A DNA stretch of 64,000 bases, from contig CAXXGO010000001.1 of assembly GCA_963666835.2 (NCBI GenBank), positions 704,001 through 768,000 on the forward strand. Direction: 5' to 3'. Origin of the DNA: Phycisphaerae bacterium. Its GTDB lineage: Bacteria; Planctomycetota; Phycisphaerae; UBA1845. Below the pieces are notes generated by a model. The model was not told where the DNA came from, searched no databases, and worked only from the letters and a program-made list of their open reading frames with translations. The translations under genes and the position numbers were made by a program. Position 1 is the first letter of the stretch; each line of letters opens with the position of its first letter. This document shows, one piece after another, positions 9,301 through 18,888 of this stretch.

Positions 9301-12300
9301 GCCTCCTGCACGGGTAACGGCGGAACGCCTCAGGGTTCGGGGACGGACTGTACGACAACGACGTGTCCGGAGCCGACGGAGGCCTGCTGTTATCCCGACG
9401 GGAGTTGCGTGGACGAAACCGCGGCATCGTGCACGGGTAACGGCGGGACGCCTCAGGGTTCCGGGACGGACTGTGCGACAACGACGTGTCCGGAGCCGAC
9501 GGAGGCCTGCTGCTATCCCGATGGAAGTTGCGTAGACGAGACCGCGGCGTCCTGCACGGGTAACGGCGGGACGCCTCAGGGTTCCGGGACGGACTGTGCG
9601 ACAACGACGTGTCCGGAGCCGACGGAGGCCTGCTGCTATCCCGATGGAAGTTGCGTAGACGAGACCGCGGCGTCCTGCACGGGTAACGGCGGTACGCCCC
9701 AAGGTTCGGGTACGGATTGCTCGACGACGACCTGTCCGGAGCCGACGGAGGCCTGCTGTTATCCCGACGGGAGCTGCGTGGACGAGACCGCGGCGTCGTG
9801 TACGGGTAACGGCGGGACGCCTCAGGGTTCGGGGACGGATTGTGCGACGACGACGTGTCCGGAGCAGCCGGTTTATAAGTGGGAGCAGCCTCCGGACCTG
9901 GATACGACCGGAATCGATGTCAGCGCCACGTACTCCTTCATTCTGGCGGACGATTTCGAGTGCACGATGCGCGGTCCGCTTACGGAGATCCAAGTGTGGG
10001 GTTCGTGGTATAACGATCTGATGCCGTTCGGGGGGACCCCCGGTGACGGTGACCCCGCAGCGATCAGGTTCACGTTGAGCATCCACGAGGATATTCCCGA
10101 CCCGGACGGTTCGGGACCGGAGTACAGCATGCCAGCCAGCCCGCCGGTGTGGATGCGGACGTTCAGCGAGGGCGAGTTCATGGTTGAGCTCTTCGCGGGC
10201 GGGATTCTGGAGGGATGGATGAACCCGCCGGATCTTTACACATTCCCCGGTGATACGATGTGTTGGAAGTACACGTTCCTGATCCCGCGTGAGGAGGCGT
10301 TCTTCCAGGAAGGTACTACGGCCTCTCCCATCGTCTACTGGTTGGATGTCCAGGCGGAGCCTTTGGATGCGACGACGTACTTCGGCTGGAAGACCACTTT
10401 GGGTCAGTGGAATGACAACGCTGTGTGGGGAGTGGGCGTAGACTCGCGGCTGACTTGGGAAGAGATGTACTTCCCGCCGGGGCATACGCTGGCCGGTGCC
10501 CCGCTCGATCTGGCGTTTGCTTTGATCGGCGAGCCGGAGTTGATTCGCGGTGACTTCGAACCTGACGGAGATGTCGATCAGGACGACTACGATGCGTTTA
10601 TCGATTGCTTCACCGGTCCCGGCGGCGGGCCGTTGCCTCCGGAGTGTCTCCCCGGTGACTTTGACGATGACGACGACATCGACTGCGATGATTGGGAAAT
10701 GTTCAAGATGGTGTGGACCGGCCCGCCGGTCGATCCGCCGGCGTTCGATCCGCCGGCCGAGATTCCGGGAGCAACCTGCGATGACGGGCTGGACAATGAC
10801 TGCGATGGGCTGACCGATTGCGAAGATCCGGATTGTGCCCTGGACATCACCTGTCACGGTGACTTCGAGCCTGACGGAGACGTCGATGAGGACGACTTCG
10901 ACGAGTTTATTGACTGCTTCACCGGTCCGGGTGGTGGACCGTTGCCGCCGGAGTGTCTCCCGGGTGATTTCGACGACGATGATGACATCGACTGCGACGA
11001 TTGGGAGATGTTCAAGCTGGTATGGACCGGCCCGCCGGTCGATCCGCCGGCGTTCGATCCGCCGGCCGAAATTCCGGGAACGACCTGCGATGACGGGCTG
11101 GACAATGACTGTGATGGCTTGAGCGATTGCGACGACCCCGACTGCTCCACCGATCCGGCGTGTGCTCCTTCCTGCGGTGACGGCACTTGTGATCCTCCGC
11201 TGGAGGATCCGTGCAATTGCCCGGCGGATTGCGGTAGCCCGCCCCCGGCGGAGATAGCGAATCTGACCTGCGACGACGGGGTCGACAACGATTGCGACGG
11301 CGACGTGGACTGTCTGGATTCGGATTGTGCCTCAGATCCGTCATGTCAATTCGTATGCGGCAACGGTATCTGTGAGCCGCCCATGGAGGATCAGTGCAGT
11401 TGCCCGGCCGATTGCGGCACTCCGCCGCCGACGGAGGTTGTGGGCTCCACGTGCGATGACGGAATCGACAACGATTGTGATGGCGATGCCGATTGCGTTG
11501 ACGCAGATTGTGCCACAGATCCGGCATGTCAATCAAGCTGTGGGAACAGTACCTGCGAGCCGCCCATGGAGGATCAGTGCAACTGCCCGGCCGACTGCGG
11601 CACGCCGCCGGCGACGGAAGTAGCCGGATCGACCTGCGCGGACGGAATCGATAACGACTGCGATGGGAACTCGGACTGTGACGACGGGGATTGTGCCACC
11701 GACCCGACGTGTACGGCCTACTGCGGGGACGGCACGTGCGATCCCGACGAGGATCAGTGTGATTGTCCGGCCGACTGCGGTACTCCGCCGGCCGCGGAAG
11801 TGCCCGGTACCAGTTGTACGGACGGAATCGATAACGATTGCGATGGCGATTCGGATTGTGACGATACCGATTGTGCCACAGATCCGGCATGTCAGACCTT
11901 CTGCGGCAACGCCACCTGCGAGTCGCCGATCGAAGACCCGTGCAATTGCCCGGCGGATTGTGGCACGCCGCAATCCGACGAGGTGCCGAACTCCACTTGT
12001 ACGGACGGGATCGACAATGACTGCGACGGGGATATCGATTGCAGCGATTCCGCCTGCGCGACGGACCCGGCGTGTCAAGCCGACTGCGGTAACTCGACGT
12101 GCGAATGGCCGATGGAGAACCCGTGCAACTGCCCCGCCGACTGCGGGACACCTCCGGCGACCGAGCAGGCCGGATCAACCTGCACCGACGGCGAGGACAA
12201 TGACTGCGACGGCTTCGCGGATTGTGCGGATTCGGATTGTGCTACTGACCCGGCATGTCAGACCGACTGCGGTAACGGAATCTGCGACTGGCCGGTGGAG

Positions 12301-13062
12301 AACCCGTGCACCTGCGTGCCGGACTGCGGAAACCCGCCGAGTATCGAGAAGCCGTTCCTGACGTGCGGCGACGGGCTCGATAACGACTGCGACGGGGATA
12401 CCGACTGCGATGACCTGGATTGTTCCGGTGACCCGATCTGCGGGGCGAATCCGACCCCGGATCCGCCGCAGCCGGAACCCGCCACGGGAGGCGGTTTGAA
12501 GAACCGGTACATCTCCTTCGTGCCGGGTAACGCCGGTGCTCTCGTGGCGTTCCGGGTGACGCACGTCGGTTCCGCCGCGCAGTGGTGGGTGCAGGCCCAC
12601 AACACCGGAGAACCGGTAGACATCTTCCGGATGGGGCCGTCTCCGTACTATGCCGACTGGAGTCTGGCTCCTCTGGTTGTGCATGTCGGGGACTGCGGTA
12701 TCGTTCCGGATGCGCAATACGAGGTTCAGGCGATTGCTATTGGGGCTGACACTTCTGATGAAGGGAACTACTCTGCGGCATTGTCGATCGACACGGTGTA
12801 TCGCCCGGCTCCCAAGTACTGGGGCGACTGCGTAGGCGTTTTCACCGGAACCTGGTCGGGGCCCAACGGAATCGTGAACATCAGCGACATCCAGGCTGCC
12901 CTGCAGAAGTTCTCTGGGCTGCCGACTGCTCCGCCTTTGACTTGGGTGGACATGGATGGTCAGCGGCCCAACGCCGTCTTGAACATGACGGATGTTCAGC
13001 AACTGGTGAACGGATTCAAAGGTCTTCCATACCCGTTCAGCGCTCCGCCGAGCTGTCCGTAG
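6361..13062 (+). CDS. Giant secreted Cys/Asp-rich multidomain protein with dockerin-like modules
   Basis: GGAGG RBS before ATG 6361 and a signal peptide ending APASA. It contains a DSFFDVF domain, ACC..DGSC repeats, a KWEQPP/ADDF domain, two GDFEPDGDVD dockerin-like modules, CxDGxDNDCDG repeats and a C-terminal dockerin-like pair. Confidence 0.88.
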   Translation: MRTRRLFGWATIAVLGVLAFAAPASAYNIWAGITLDVHQDIPDGSLPDGRLPNDFHIEGLICTASGVAPVLSNHLDGLFPIFNYSITKLNPGDPADCWYTFVADWELNAGDLGIPYCTVVHLGLLFSVEDENTMIDLVGWWTLDGVRVGDVIGGYPNEGYVPALGFYVDPVTATPGPSVRIGNGFIPPFDPPAPPLPPPGPVPIDVEVTELDVVVMNRADVPLAWFEELYDGGAQDSWGWVPVLDGAGNDIDPTNPFPLAADSFFDVFLEGTPGMGDVTPATPVDLPGHELLFVRSKRNFINNNGVTYPGGGDTDNGLWQWHIHEAQGIEACCFVDGSCQDLTPIDCAAQGGFPQGAGSDCATTVCPVEDQACCYADGSCRDEDPNQCLANGGTPQGVGTVCATTDCPLPDPEACCLPDGTCVVLLPADCLAQNGTPMGVPNCDGVVCEEGEDYAFEFSLDIGSDIELSDPLFDGDEAADPGDVYWWQSAVIAPPGRDGFKDDILIFALDPWPDPPDGAVPPATRVPVGTGSPDDYHTYFDLDGHDQIDVSLRTEYELVGLPLAAPIPQWASSCIYSPEFLAVSFDDDQAPGWPANDVPVMVPSPAGVSSYGTTAGQDEVIGVTLGSVIPPAPIVNRYAIADEVTVHQSMIPNPDASEADDDDVDSLDIVRNQLTCPYWYFSPDHEADYGLDPGDIYEVSAGGVPWLVIDDVNNLGLLPDTDVDAFEFAWLTHETQGLVFGVLFSVDEDDPLTPVDESGGLSPRIIYGSFLTGSYFVFAGPLEDDIDALTIWFETLEKEKPEACCYPDGSCVDETAASCTANGGTPQGSGTDCSTTTCPQPTEACCYPDGSCVDETAASCTANGGTPQGSGTDCSTTTCPEPTEACCYPDGSCVDETAASCTGNGGTPQGSGTDCSTTTCPEPTEACCYPDGSCVDETAASCTGNGGTPQGSGTDCSTTTCPEPTEACCYPDGSCVDETAASCTGNGGTPQGSGTDCTTTTCPEPTEACCYPDGSCVDETAASCTGNGGTPQGSGTDCATTTCPEPTEACCYPDGSCVDETAASCTGNGGTPQGSGTDCATTTCPEPTEACCYPDGSCVDETAASCTGNGGTPQGSGTDCSTTTCPEPTEACCYPDGSCVDETAASCTGNGGTPQGSGTDCATTTCPEQPVYKWEQPPDLDTTGIDVSATYSFILADDFECTMRGPLTEIQVWGSWYNDLMPFGGTPGDGDPAAIRFTLSIHEDIPDPDGSGPEYSMPASPPVWMRTFSEGEFMVELFAGGILEGWMNPPDLYTFPGDTMCWKYTFLIPREEAFFQEGTTASPIVYWLDVQAEPLDATTYFGWKTTLGQWNDNAVWGVGVDSRLTWEEMYFPPGHTLAGAPLDLAFALIGEPELIRGDFEPDGDVDQDDYDAFIDCFTGPGGGPLPPECLPGDFDDDDDIDCDDWEMFKMVWTGPPVDPPAFDPPAEIPGATCDDGLDNDCDGLTDCEDPDCALDITCHGDFEPDGDVDEDDFDEFIDCFTGPGGGPLPPECLPGDFDDDDDIDCDDWEMFKLVWTGPPVDPPAFDPPAEIPGTTCDDGLDNDCDGLSDCDDPDCSTDPACAPSCGDGTCDPPLEDPCNCPADCGSPPPAEIANLTCDDGVDNDCDGDVDCLDSDCASDPSCQFVCGNGICEPPMEDQCSCPADCGTPPPTEVVGSTCDDGIDNDCDGDADCVDADCATDPACQSSCGNSTCEPPMEDQCNCPADCGTPPATEVAGSTCADGIDNDCDGNSDCDDGDCATDPTCTAYCGDGTCDPDEDQCDCPADCGTPPAAEVPGTSCTDGIDNDCDGDSDCDDTDCATDPACQTFCGNATCESPIEDPCNCPADCGTPQSDEVPNSTCTDGIDNDCDGDIDCSDSACATDPACQADCGNSTCEWPMENPCNCPADCGTPPATEQAGSTCTDGEDNDCDGFADCADSDCATDPACQTDCGNGICDWPVENPCTCVPDCGNPPSIEKPFLTCGDGLDNDCDGDTDCDDLDCSGDPICGANPTPDPPQPEPATGGGLKNRYISFVPGNAGALVAFRVTHVGSAAQWWVQAHNTGEPVDIFRMGPSPYYADWSLAPLVVHVGDCGIVPDAQYEVQAIAIGADTSDEGNYSAALSIDTVYRPAPKYWGDCVGVFTGTWSGPNGIVNISDIQAALQKFSGLPTAPPLTWVDMDGQRPNAVLNMTDVQQLVNGFKGLPYPFSAPPSCP
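8764..9870 (+). repeat. Nine tandem 123-bp (41-aa) coding repeats, EACCYPDGSCVDETAASCT(A/G)NGGTPQGSGTDCxTTTCPEPT
   Basis: Counted from the translation; 9 x 123 bp matches the span. Confidence 0.95.
11170..12440 (+). repeat. Seven ~60-aa Cys-rich repeats (CGNxxCE...CPADCG...CxDGxDNDCDG...DPAC)
   Basis: Counted from the translation. Confidence 0.85.
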
Positions 13063-13091
13063 TACGCCGGTAGAACGTGCGACGTAGACTA

Positions 13092-13124
13092 GGGAGGATC
13101 GGGCCTAACACGCCCGGTCCTCCC
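13092..13124 (+). terminator. Hairpin downstream of the giant gene
   Basis: GGGAGGATCGGGC...GCCCGGTCCTCCC, with only a weak U-tract. Confidence 0.5.
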
Positions 13125-13485
13125 GGCGTTCTGTGGGGAAGAGCTTTCGCCGTCGTTGTTCTACACGTCTTTGCCCCCGGCTACTTCATCAAAGCCCTTC
13201 GGGCTGGAGAATCGAGATCAAGAGCACGACGGCTGCAGTTGGCGGATGCGTCGAATGATGTGTAGAACAGCGAGGCTCTACGCCCGTAGCCCGGATTATT
13301 CATCCACGCGGAGTATAAGCCGTAAACCAATGTGGCGCCGGGGCATATCCTGGGCGTCGAAGCGAGCTGCGTTGCCATGACGCCACCGACAAGCGGTTGC
13401 CGGTAAGCTACGCGAATTCATGCGAACGTCGTGGATAATACAGGCTGTATCGGCCCTGCGGTGTTGCCGGTTGCCCTGCTTATGA

Positions 13486-14328
13486 TCAGGTCGATCCGCG
13501 AATTCGTTTCCCCAGCGCAACCAGGAGATAGAGCGCCCCGGCCAGGGTGATGGTTGTGGCTCCGGGCGGGAGTTCCGGACCGTAGCTGAGCATCAAGCCG
13601 CCCGTGGTCAAGGCCATACTGATAAGGCTCGCCAGGATCATCACGTGCCAGAGCCGGGCCACGAAATTGCCCGCAATCGCCACCGGGAGCGTGAGCAGGG
13701 CGATTACCATTACCAATCCGACGACCGTCACCAATAACACCACAGTCAAGGCCGTCAGACAGAGCAGCAAGAGGTAGTAGAACTCCACCGACACCCCGCG
13801 CAGCCGGGCGAACTCCTCGTCGAAGCAGACCGCCAGGAATTTGTTGTAGAAGAGGATGCCGACCCCCACGACGACTACATCGAGTGCGGCGATGAGGATG
13901 AGATTCTCCCGGGAGACGAGGAGGATATTCCCAAACAGGTAGCTCATAAGATCCTCGTAGTATCCCGGGGTCTTGGCGATGAACAGGATGCCGACGGCCA
14001 TGCCGATCGCCCACAGAGCACTGATTACGGTGTCCTCGCGTTGCCGGGCGCGAAGACTGACCGCGCCGATTACCAAGGCCGCACCGAGGGCCGCTACCAC
14101 CGCTCCGTGTAGTGGATGCAAAGCGGTCCAGCCGTGGACCTCGTGCAAATAACGCGCGGCGCCCATACCGCCCAGGGTGCAGTGGGCGACGCCTCCCGCA
14201 ATGTACGTGATTCTCCGGGCGACCACGTAGCTGCCGACCACCCCGCATGCGATGCTGGCAATGATCCCGGCCAGCAGGGCGTATTGCAGGAAAGAGTTGT
14301 TCACGAGGGCATTAAAGAACTCACTCAC
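13486..14328 (-). CDS. znuB: Zn/Mn ABC transporter permease
   Basis: Multi-TM protein with GVAHCTLGG, LMSYLFGNIL and FDEEFARLRG; the GTG start overlaps the ATPase stop. Confidence 0.9.
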   Translation of the reverse strand: MSEFFNALVNNSFLQYALLAGIIASIACGVVGSYVVARRITYIAGGVAHCTLGGMGAARYLHEVHGWTALHPLHGAVVAALGAALVIGAVSLRARQREDTVISALWAIGMAVGILFIAKTPGYYEDLMSYLFGNILLVSRENLILIAALDVVVVGVGILFYNKFLAVCFDEEFARLRGVSVEFYYLLLLCLTALTVVLLVTVVGLVMVIALLTLPVAIAGNFVARLWHVMILASLISMALTTGGLMLSYGPELPPGATTITLAGALYLLVALGKRIRGST

Positions 14329-15076
14329 CGCACGTCTCCCCACGCGCGTGAGCAGGATGCACCAGTCGGACCGTGCGGCCGTACATGTCGGCCACGCGCT
14401 GGCCGGTTAGCTCGCTGGTGGCGTGGGTGTGTACCGTGTTATTGACGCACACGACGGTTTTGAAGAACACCGACACGAACCCGACATCGTGGGATACGAT
14501 GACGACGGTAAGCCGCTCGTTCAGCTTACGTAACAGTTCGTAGAGATTCTCTTGCACGGCCGGGTCCAGGCTGGCCGTCGGCTCGTCCAGAAGCAGCAGT
14601 TCCGGCTCACAAGCCAGGGCTCGCGCGATCAGCACGCGCTGGCGTTGTCCTCCCGACAGCGCGGAAAGTGGCCGGTTGCGTAGACCGAACACTCCGACCT
14701 CGTCCAGGGCGGTGTGGGCGACCTCCCGATCCGCCGGGCGGTAGGGGCCGACCGCGGCGCCATGTCCTAGCCGGCCCATGAGGACGACGTCCATGGCGGT
14801 GACGGGGAATTGCGGATCAAGCTGAGCGTGCTGCGGCATGTATCCGATTCGCCGGCGGACCGCCTCCGGGCGGCTCCCGAGCACGGTAACGCTCCCCGAC
14901 CGCGGGTGGATCAAACCGAGCATCAGCCGGATCAGGGTAGTTTTGCCGCCGCCGTTGGGGCCGATCACGCAGACGAAGTCTCGCTCGGCCACTTCCACGT
15001 TTACGTCGCGCAATACGGGGGGGCCGTCGTAAGCGAAGGTCACGTCTCGAAGTGCTATGACTGGTTCAGGTTCCAT
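14321..15076 (-). CDS. znuC: Zn/Mn ABC transporter ATP-binding protein
   Basis: Walker A GPNGGGKTT, signature LSGGQRQR, Walker B LLLLDEP and H-loop VSHD. Confidence 0.92.
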   Translation of the reverse strand: MEPEPVIALRDVTFAYDGPPVLRDVNVEVAERDFVCVIGPNGGGKTTLIRLMLGLIHPRSGSVTVLGSRPEAVRRRIGYMPQHAQLDPQFPVTAMDVVLMGRLGHGAAVGPYRPADREVAHTALDEVGVFGLRNRPLSALSGGQRQRVLIARALACEPELLLLDEPTASLDPAVQENLYELLRKLNERLTVVIVSHDVGFVSVFFKTVVCVNNTVHTHATSELTGQRVADMYGRTVRLVHPAHARGETCGE

Positions 15077-15122
15077 ACAAGCCCCAGAGATTCAGGCCGG
15101 CTCAACTGCCGTCCGAAGTTTG

Positions 15123-16073
15123 CTATGGCCGGTCGGTCTCACTGCTGCCGACAACCGCTTCGATCTGCGAGGCTATCTCGAGCAGATTGTCGAGGTAGTT
15201 CTCCGCCATGGGGTCCATCGCGACGACAGCTCCGCCGATCGACTCTGCAACGGTGCGAGCACTTCTGTCCGAGAACTGGGGCTGAACGAAGATGAGCTTC
15301 ACGTTGGCGGCTTTCGCTCGTTCTATCAACGTGCCCAGTTGTTTGGCCGTCGGCTCCTTCCCGCCGGCCTCCACGGCTACCTGTACCAGGCCGTACCGCT
15401 TCGCGAAGTAACCGAACGCCGGGTGAAATACGTAGAAGTCCCGGCCGCGCCAGGGTGCCAACAGTTCGGCAATCTGGGCGTCCACCGCGTCCAGTTCCTG
15501 CTCGAGTTTCCCGCCGTTCTCTCGGTATTGCGGGGCGTGCGTCGGGTCCAGCCGGCACAACGTGCGGCAGATAGTCTGTACTTGCAGTTTCGCCGCTTGT
15601 GGGTCCATCCAAGTGTGCGGATCGAGCTCTCCGGCGGTGTGATCGTGGTCGCAATCGTGGCTGTGCCCATGGTGGTGCGGTTCGGCCATTCTGTGCAGCT
15701 CGATATTCGCGCAAGTGTCCACTATTTCCAGATTGGCGATGGTCTTGGCAATCTTGTCGAGCAGTGCGCGTTCGAACGGTAGCCCGATTTTGAAGTATGC
15801 CTGCGCCGCGGATAGCTCGACCATCTGCTTCGGAGTAGGCTCGTAGGTGGCCGGAGACTGCCCCGGCGGCAGCATCACCGAGACTTTCACGTAATTGCCC
15901 CCCAACCGTTCCACGAAGTACTTCTGCGGAGGAATGCTGACGAAGACCGGCAGCGAGCCGTTCTCAACCGTGGATTCGGCCGGCCGGGTGTCGCGGCGGC
16001 ACGCCGGCAAGGCGGCCAGGAGCAACATAGCGGCAGCGGCTGGGCGCCATGTTCTGTAAACAGGCGAGATCAT
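15123..16073 (-). CDS. znuA: Zn ABC transporter substrate-binding lipoprotein
   Basis: Lipobox-like LPAC, SPATYEPTP, His-rich loop HHHGHSHDCDHDH, DPHTW and FHPAFGYF; ATGA overlap with the upstream gene. Confidence 0.9.
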   Translation of the reverse strand: MISPVYRTWRPAAAAMLLLAALPACRRDTRPAESTVENGSLPVFVSIPPQKYFVERLGGNYVKVSVMLPPGQSPATYEPTPKQMVELSAAQAYFKIGLPFERALLDKIAKTIANLEIVDTCANIELHRMAEPHHHGHSHDCDHDHTAGELDPHTWMDPQAAKLQVQTICRTLCRLDPTHAPQYRENGGKLEQELDAVDAQIAELLAPWRGRDFYVFHPAFGYFAKRYGLVQVAVEAGGKEPTAKQLGTLIERAKAANVKLIFVQPQFSDRSARTVAESIGGAVVAMDPMAENYLDNLLEIASQIEAVVGSSETDRP

Positions 16074-16417
16074 GATCTTCCTCCCCGTGGCTTTCGGGAG
16101 GCGGTCTTTTTTCGGGAGTGCGGTTTCTTCTTCTGACCGTGCGAACAGACCAGATGCCATTCGTGGCAGATCTTGCACTCCTTCATCTGATGATCTACGG
16201 AGAACGACTCCCAGTGCGCCCGCTGCTCCGGCGTCAGGATGCCCGTGCCGAGACAGAGCGGGCAGGTGTTCTCCAGCGCGGCCAGCACGGCCGACCGGAT
16301 GAACAGAGACCGATTCGGAATACCCTGCAGGGCCTCCACCAGGGACTCGTCAGCTTTGAAAGTGACGACCGTTTGCTTTGTCGCAGCCTTTGTTTGAGAC
16401 ATTTCGCGATCATCCAT
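16070..16417 (-). CDS. Ribbon-helix-helix (CopG-like) regulator with Cys/His metal-binding C-terminus
   Basis: VVTFKADESLVEAL..IPNRSLFIRSAV is RHH-like, followed by CPLC...CKICH...C. It is the first gene of the znu operon (alternative start 16402). Confidence 0.72.
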   Translation of the reverse strand: MDDREMSQTKAATKQTVVTFKADESLVEALQGIPNRSLFIRSAVLAALENTCPLCLGTGILTPEQRAHWESFSVDHQMKECKICHEWHLVCSHGQKKKPHSRKKTASRKPRGGRS

Positions 16418-16606
16418 CGGCAGTTTCGCCGGGCTATCTGCTCAATAAGAGTACGGCGACGCCGGGTTCGTAGTTCTTCGATCTTGGCAAGAAGGGAAGT
16501 TGAAGACACGTCGACGTTTGTCGGTACCGGGCTCCGTAGGGTTCGGCTCCCATTCTCAACGGGCTACCGGTGCGCCACCGTCCCCAAGCCCGCACCTGAA
16601 GCACCC

Positions 16607-16646
16607 TAGTATTACTAAACAATACCCCATCCGGAAGCGTTGTCAA
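16607..16646 (-). promoter_or_regulatory. sigma70-like promoter of the znu operon with an overlapping palindromic operator candidate
   Basis: Minus-strand TTGACA (16646-16641), 16 bp, TATTGT (16624-16619). Palindrome TAGTA-T-TACTA at 16607-16617 and inverted repeat GTATT-N7-AATAC at 16609-16625. Confidence 0.55.
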
Positions 16647-18208
16647 ATGACCCGGTTGGGTGCGTTCAGCGGCGCTCTTATCGGGGCTCGCCAAGCCTGT
16701 GAGGTGTTCCGCTTCCGGGGATGACCGGCCATCTCGGGTTTGCCCTTGGCCTCGAGACCCTTGCCGGGTTGATCGTTCTCCGGCCGGTCGTCGTTCGGTG
16801 GCGGGGCGTCGATCAGCAGGAGCCCGCGGTGCTGGGGGCGGAGGAGGCGGAATCCGACATCGAGGGGGCGGGCCTTGATGCCTGCGCTTTGAACGATACC
16901 CCCGTCGTCAACCCGGTTATCCGCGATTGAGTAGATCACAATCCCCGTATCGGTCGTGGCCAGGCGTAGCGGGGCTTCGTCGAACGGGTCGGTGGGGACC
17001 GCATCCAGGTAGTCGGGCACAAGCTCGTCGAGTGTCTCGGGAAGCCGGCCGGTAGCCAGCCGGAAACGCTCGGCCGCGACGGCGGCTCTGGCGCAGTCCA
17101 GGTGCGCTATTCCGCGAAGGTGCAGGTTGATGGTGGTGGACATCGTCGGCATAAGACTGGTTACCAGGAAGTGTGTCGCTGACAACAGGGGAGTTTCCCG
17201 GTTGATCCGTGCTGCGGCCTCGATCATCTCACTCGGCTTGTCCGCGGCCTCCACCAGCCAGGTCAGCATTTCGGTGCCGCAAACTTGACTGCGGCGCGCG
17301 AGTATCTCGGGAGCTAATGGTATGCCGAATCCGCGGCCGCTCATGTCGGCGACATCTGCCATCGATAGCGTCCCTGTTGCCACTTTTTCGGTTATCTCGA
17401 TGAACCAAGCCCGTTCACCGAGGAGAGCCCACTTCATCGTGCCTGCCGCACGGCGCGAATCGACGGTGTCCGCAAGTTCGGCCAGCGTCTGTTCTTCAAG
17501 TTCACCAACCCGCAGGACGTTCTCGATCCCTCTGACCGACATAGCTTCCACAGCGATTTGGACTAGCCGTCCGATCACCGACGGATATTCGTCCAGCGTG
17601 GCCGCGAGGTGGAACTGCAGATGCAGAATCTCGGCCGCTTGCTCCAGGTTGCCGTCAGTCAGTCTCAGGGCGCAATCGACGTATTCCAACTTGGCGGCCG
17701 GTCGGAATCCTGCAAGAGAACCAAACAGGAGCTCATCGGGTTTCACGATTTCTTCGGTGGGTATCGGGAAACGGCCTGTCGGCATGTCGCGGAGTACGGC
17801 GAGCTTGGTCAACAGCTTTCGATGCTGATTGACGAACGCGCGCGTGGGTTCGATCTGGTGGCGGGCGATGCCGCTGAAGAAATCCGGCCCGTTGCCCTTG
17901 ATGGGCCACACCGACTCGTCGGCGGCCCACCAGTCTTGACCGGCTCCGTTCAGCAGGTCGTTAAGACCTTCAATGACTAGCGCACTATTGCGCTCGTCCG
18001 GGATCTTGGTGCGTTGGGCCTCGATTTCGTCGAAGGTGAGCGGTCCGTCGTTGCGAAGCGCGGCGGCATATCGTTCCCATCTTGCTCGCGACATGCTCGT
18101 GAGGGCGATAAGGGTGATAAGCGCCACCGCGGTAATGGCCCCTACGACCATCAACGTCTTGACCATCGGAGAGAAGCGGGGGCGGGTGCTGCCATTGGTT
18201 TGGGTCAT
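16643..18208 (-). CDS. Membrane-anchored hypothetical protein, helical, with pseudopilin-G-like C-terminal motif
   Basis: N-terminal TM; C-terminal LPETLDELVPDYLDAVPTDPF...IYSIADNRVDDGG. Confidence 0.7.
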   Translation of the reverse strand: MTQTNGSTRPRFSPMVKTLMVVGAITAVALITLIALTSMSRARWERYAAALRNDGPLTFDEIEAQRTKIPDERNSALVIEGLNDLLNGAGQDWWAADESVWPIKGNGPDFFSGIARHQIEPTRAFVNQHRKLLTKLAVLRDMPTGRFPIPTEEIVKPDELLFGSLAGFRPAAKLEYVDCALRLTDGNLEQAAEILHLQFHLAATLDEYPSVIGRLVQIAVEAMSVRGIENVLRVGELEEQTLAELADTVDSRRAAGTMKWALLGERAWFIEITEKVATGTLSMADVADMSGRGFGIPLAPEILARRSQVCGTEMLTWLVEAADKPSEMIEAAARINRETPLLSATHFLVTSLMPTMSTTINLHLRGIAHLDCARAAVAAERFRLATGRLPETLDELVPDYLDAVPTDPFDEAPLRLATTDTGIVIYSIADNRVDDGGIVQSAGIKARPLDVGFRLLRPQHRGLLLIDAPPPNDDRPENDQPGKGLEAKGKPEMAGHPRKRNTSQAWRAPIRAPLNAPNRVI

Positions 18209-18384
18209 CTACGGTATTCCCTGGGTTCTTCTACCCGGCGCCCGGCCGAGCCGTGCCTATTACATTGCAGAACGGTGGCCGCACCTTGCATAAGTAAGAC
18301 GCGTCGGAGTTTGCTACGTTATCCCCCGGTACTGGGCGAAACAGGGCGGATGCGGCCCGAAGAGGGGAAGGGTATGTCCCTGTT

Positions 18385-18798
18385 TTAAGCTGACGCGGGG
18401 TCTTCCGGAGGTTCCGGTATCGGTTCGAGCTTGAGCCGCCAAGTCAGGACGGTGGCCAGGGCTGCGGTGATTGCCAATTGGATGCCGAGGCGGGTCCAGT
18501 TGATACTCATCGGCTTGGCGGTGGCAGAGGGGCCTGGTTTTGGGGGGAACCCCACTAACGCATAGCCGGTCGAGACGGTTTCGGTTACATAGCGGGATTC
18601 GTACTGCCCGGGTTCTGCGGCTGCGTTAACCCACTGTCCTACCTCGCCGAGCCACGGGGGGAAGAGGATCATGGCGATGGCCGTGATGGCGGCCACCCAT
18701 AACACGGGGCGTTGTCGCCGGTTGCCCCTGCGGATCGAGCCGGTCAGGACGGCGAACACGAAGACGGCGCCCACCAGCAACCAGATGGGATTCACCAT
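18385..18798 (-). CDS. Small membrane protein (about 3 TM)
   Basis: GGAGG before ATG 18798 and three hydrophobic segments. Confidence 0.6.
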   Translation of the reverse strand: MVNPIWLLVGAVFVFAVLTGSIRRGNRRQRPVLWVAAITAIAMILFPPWLGEVGQWVNAAAEPGQYESRYVTETVSTGYALVGFPPKPGPSATAKPMSINWTRLGIQLAITAALATVLTWRLKLEPIPEPPEDPASA

Positions 18799-18888
18799 GC
18801 CCTCCGGGGTTGCGCCGTGCACTTGTTTATCCTCCTTACCGGTTTCGACGGACCCTCCGGGACGGATCGGCAGTTGTTTCGTTAATAT

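Noticed and set aside
13220..13400. Possible degenerate RelE/ParE-like remnant on the minus strand (RLILRVDE*...VLHIIRR)
   Set aside because: The similarity is too short and interrupted to support without a search.
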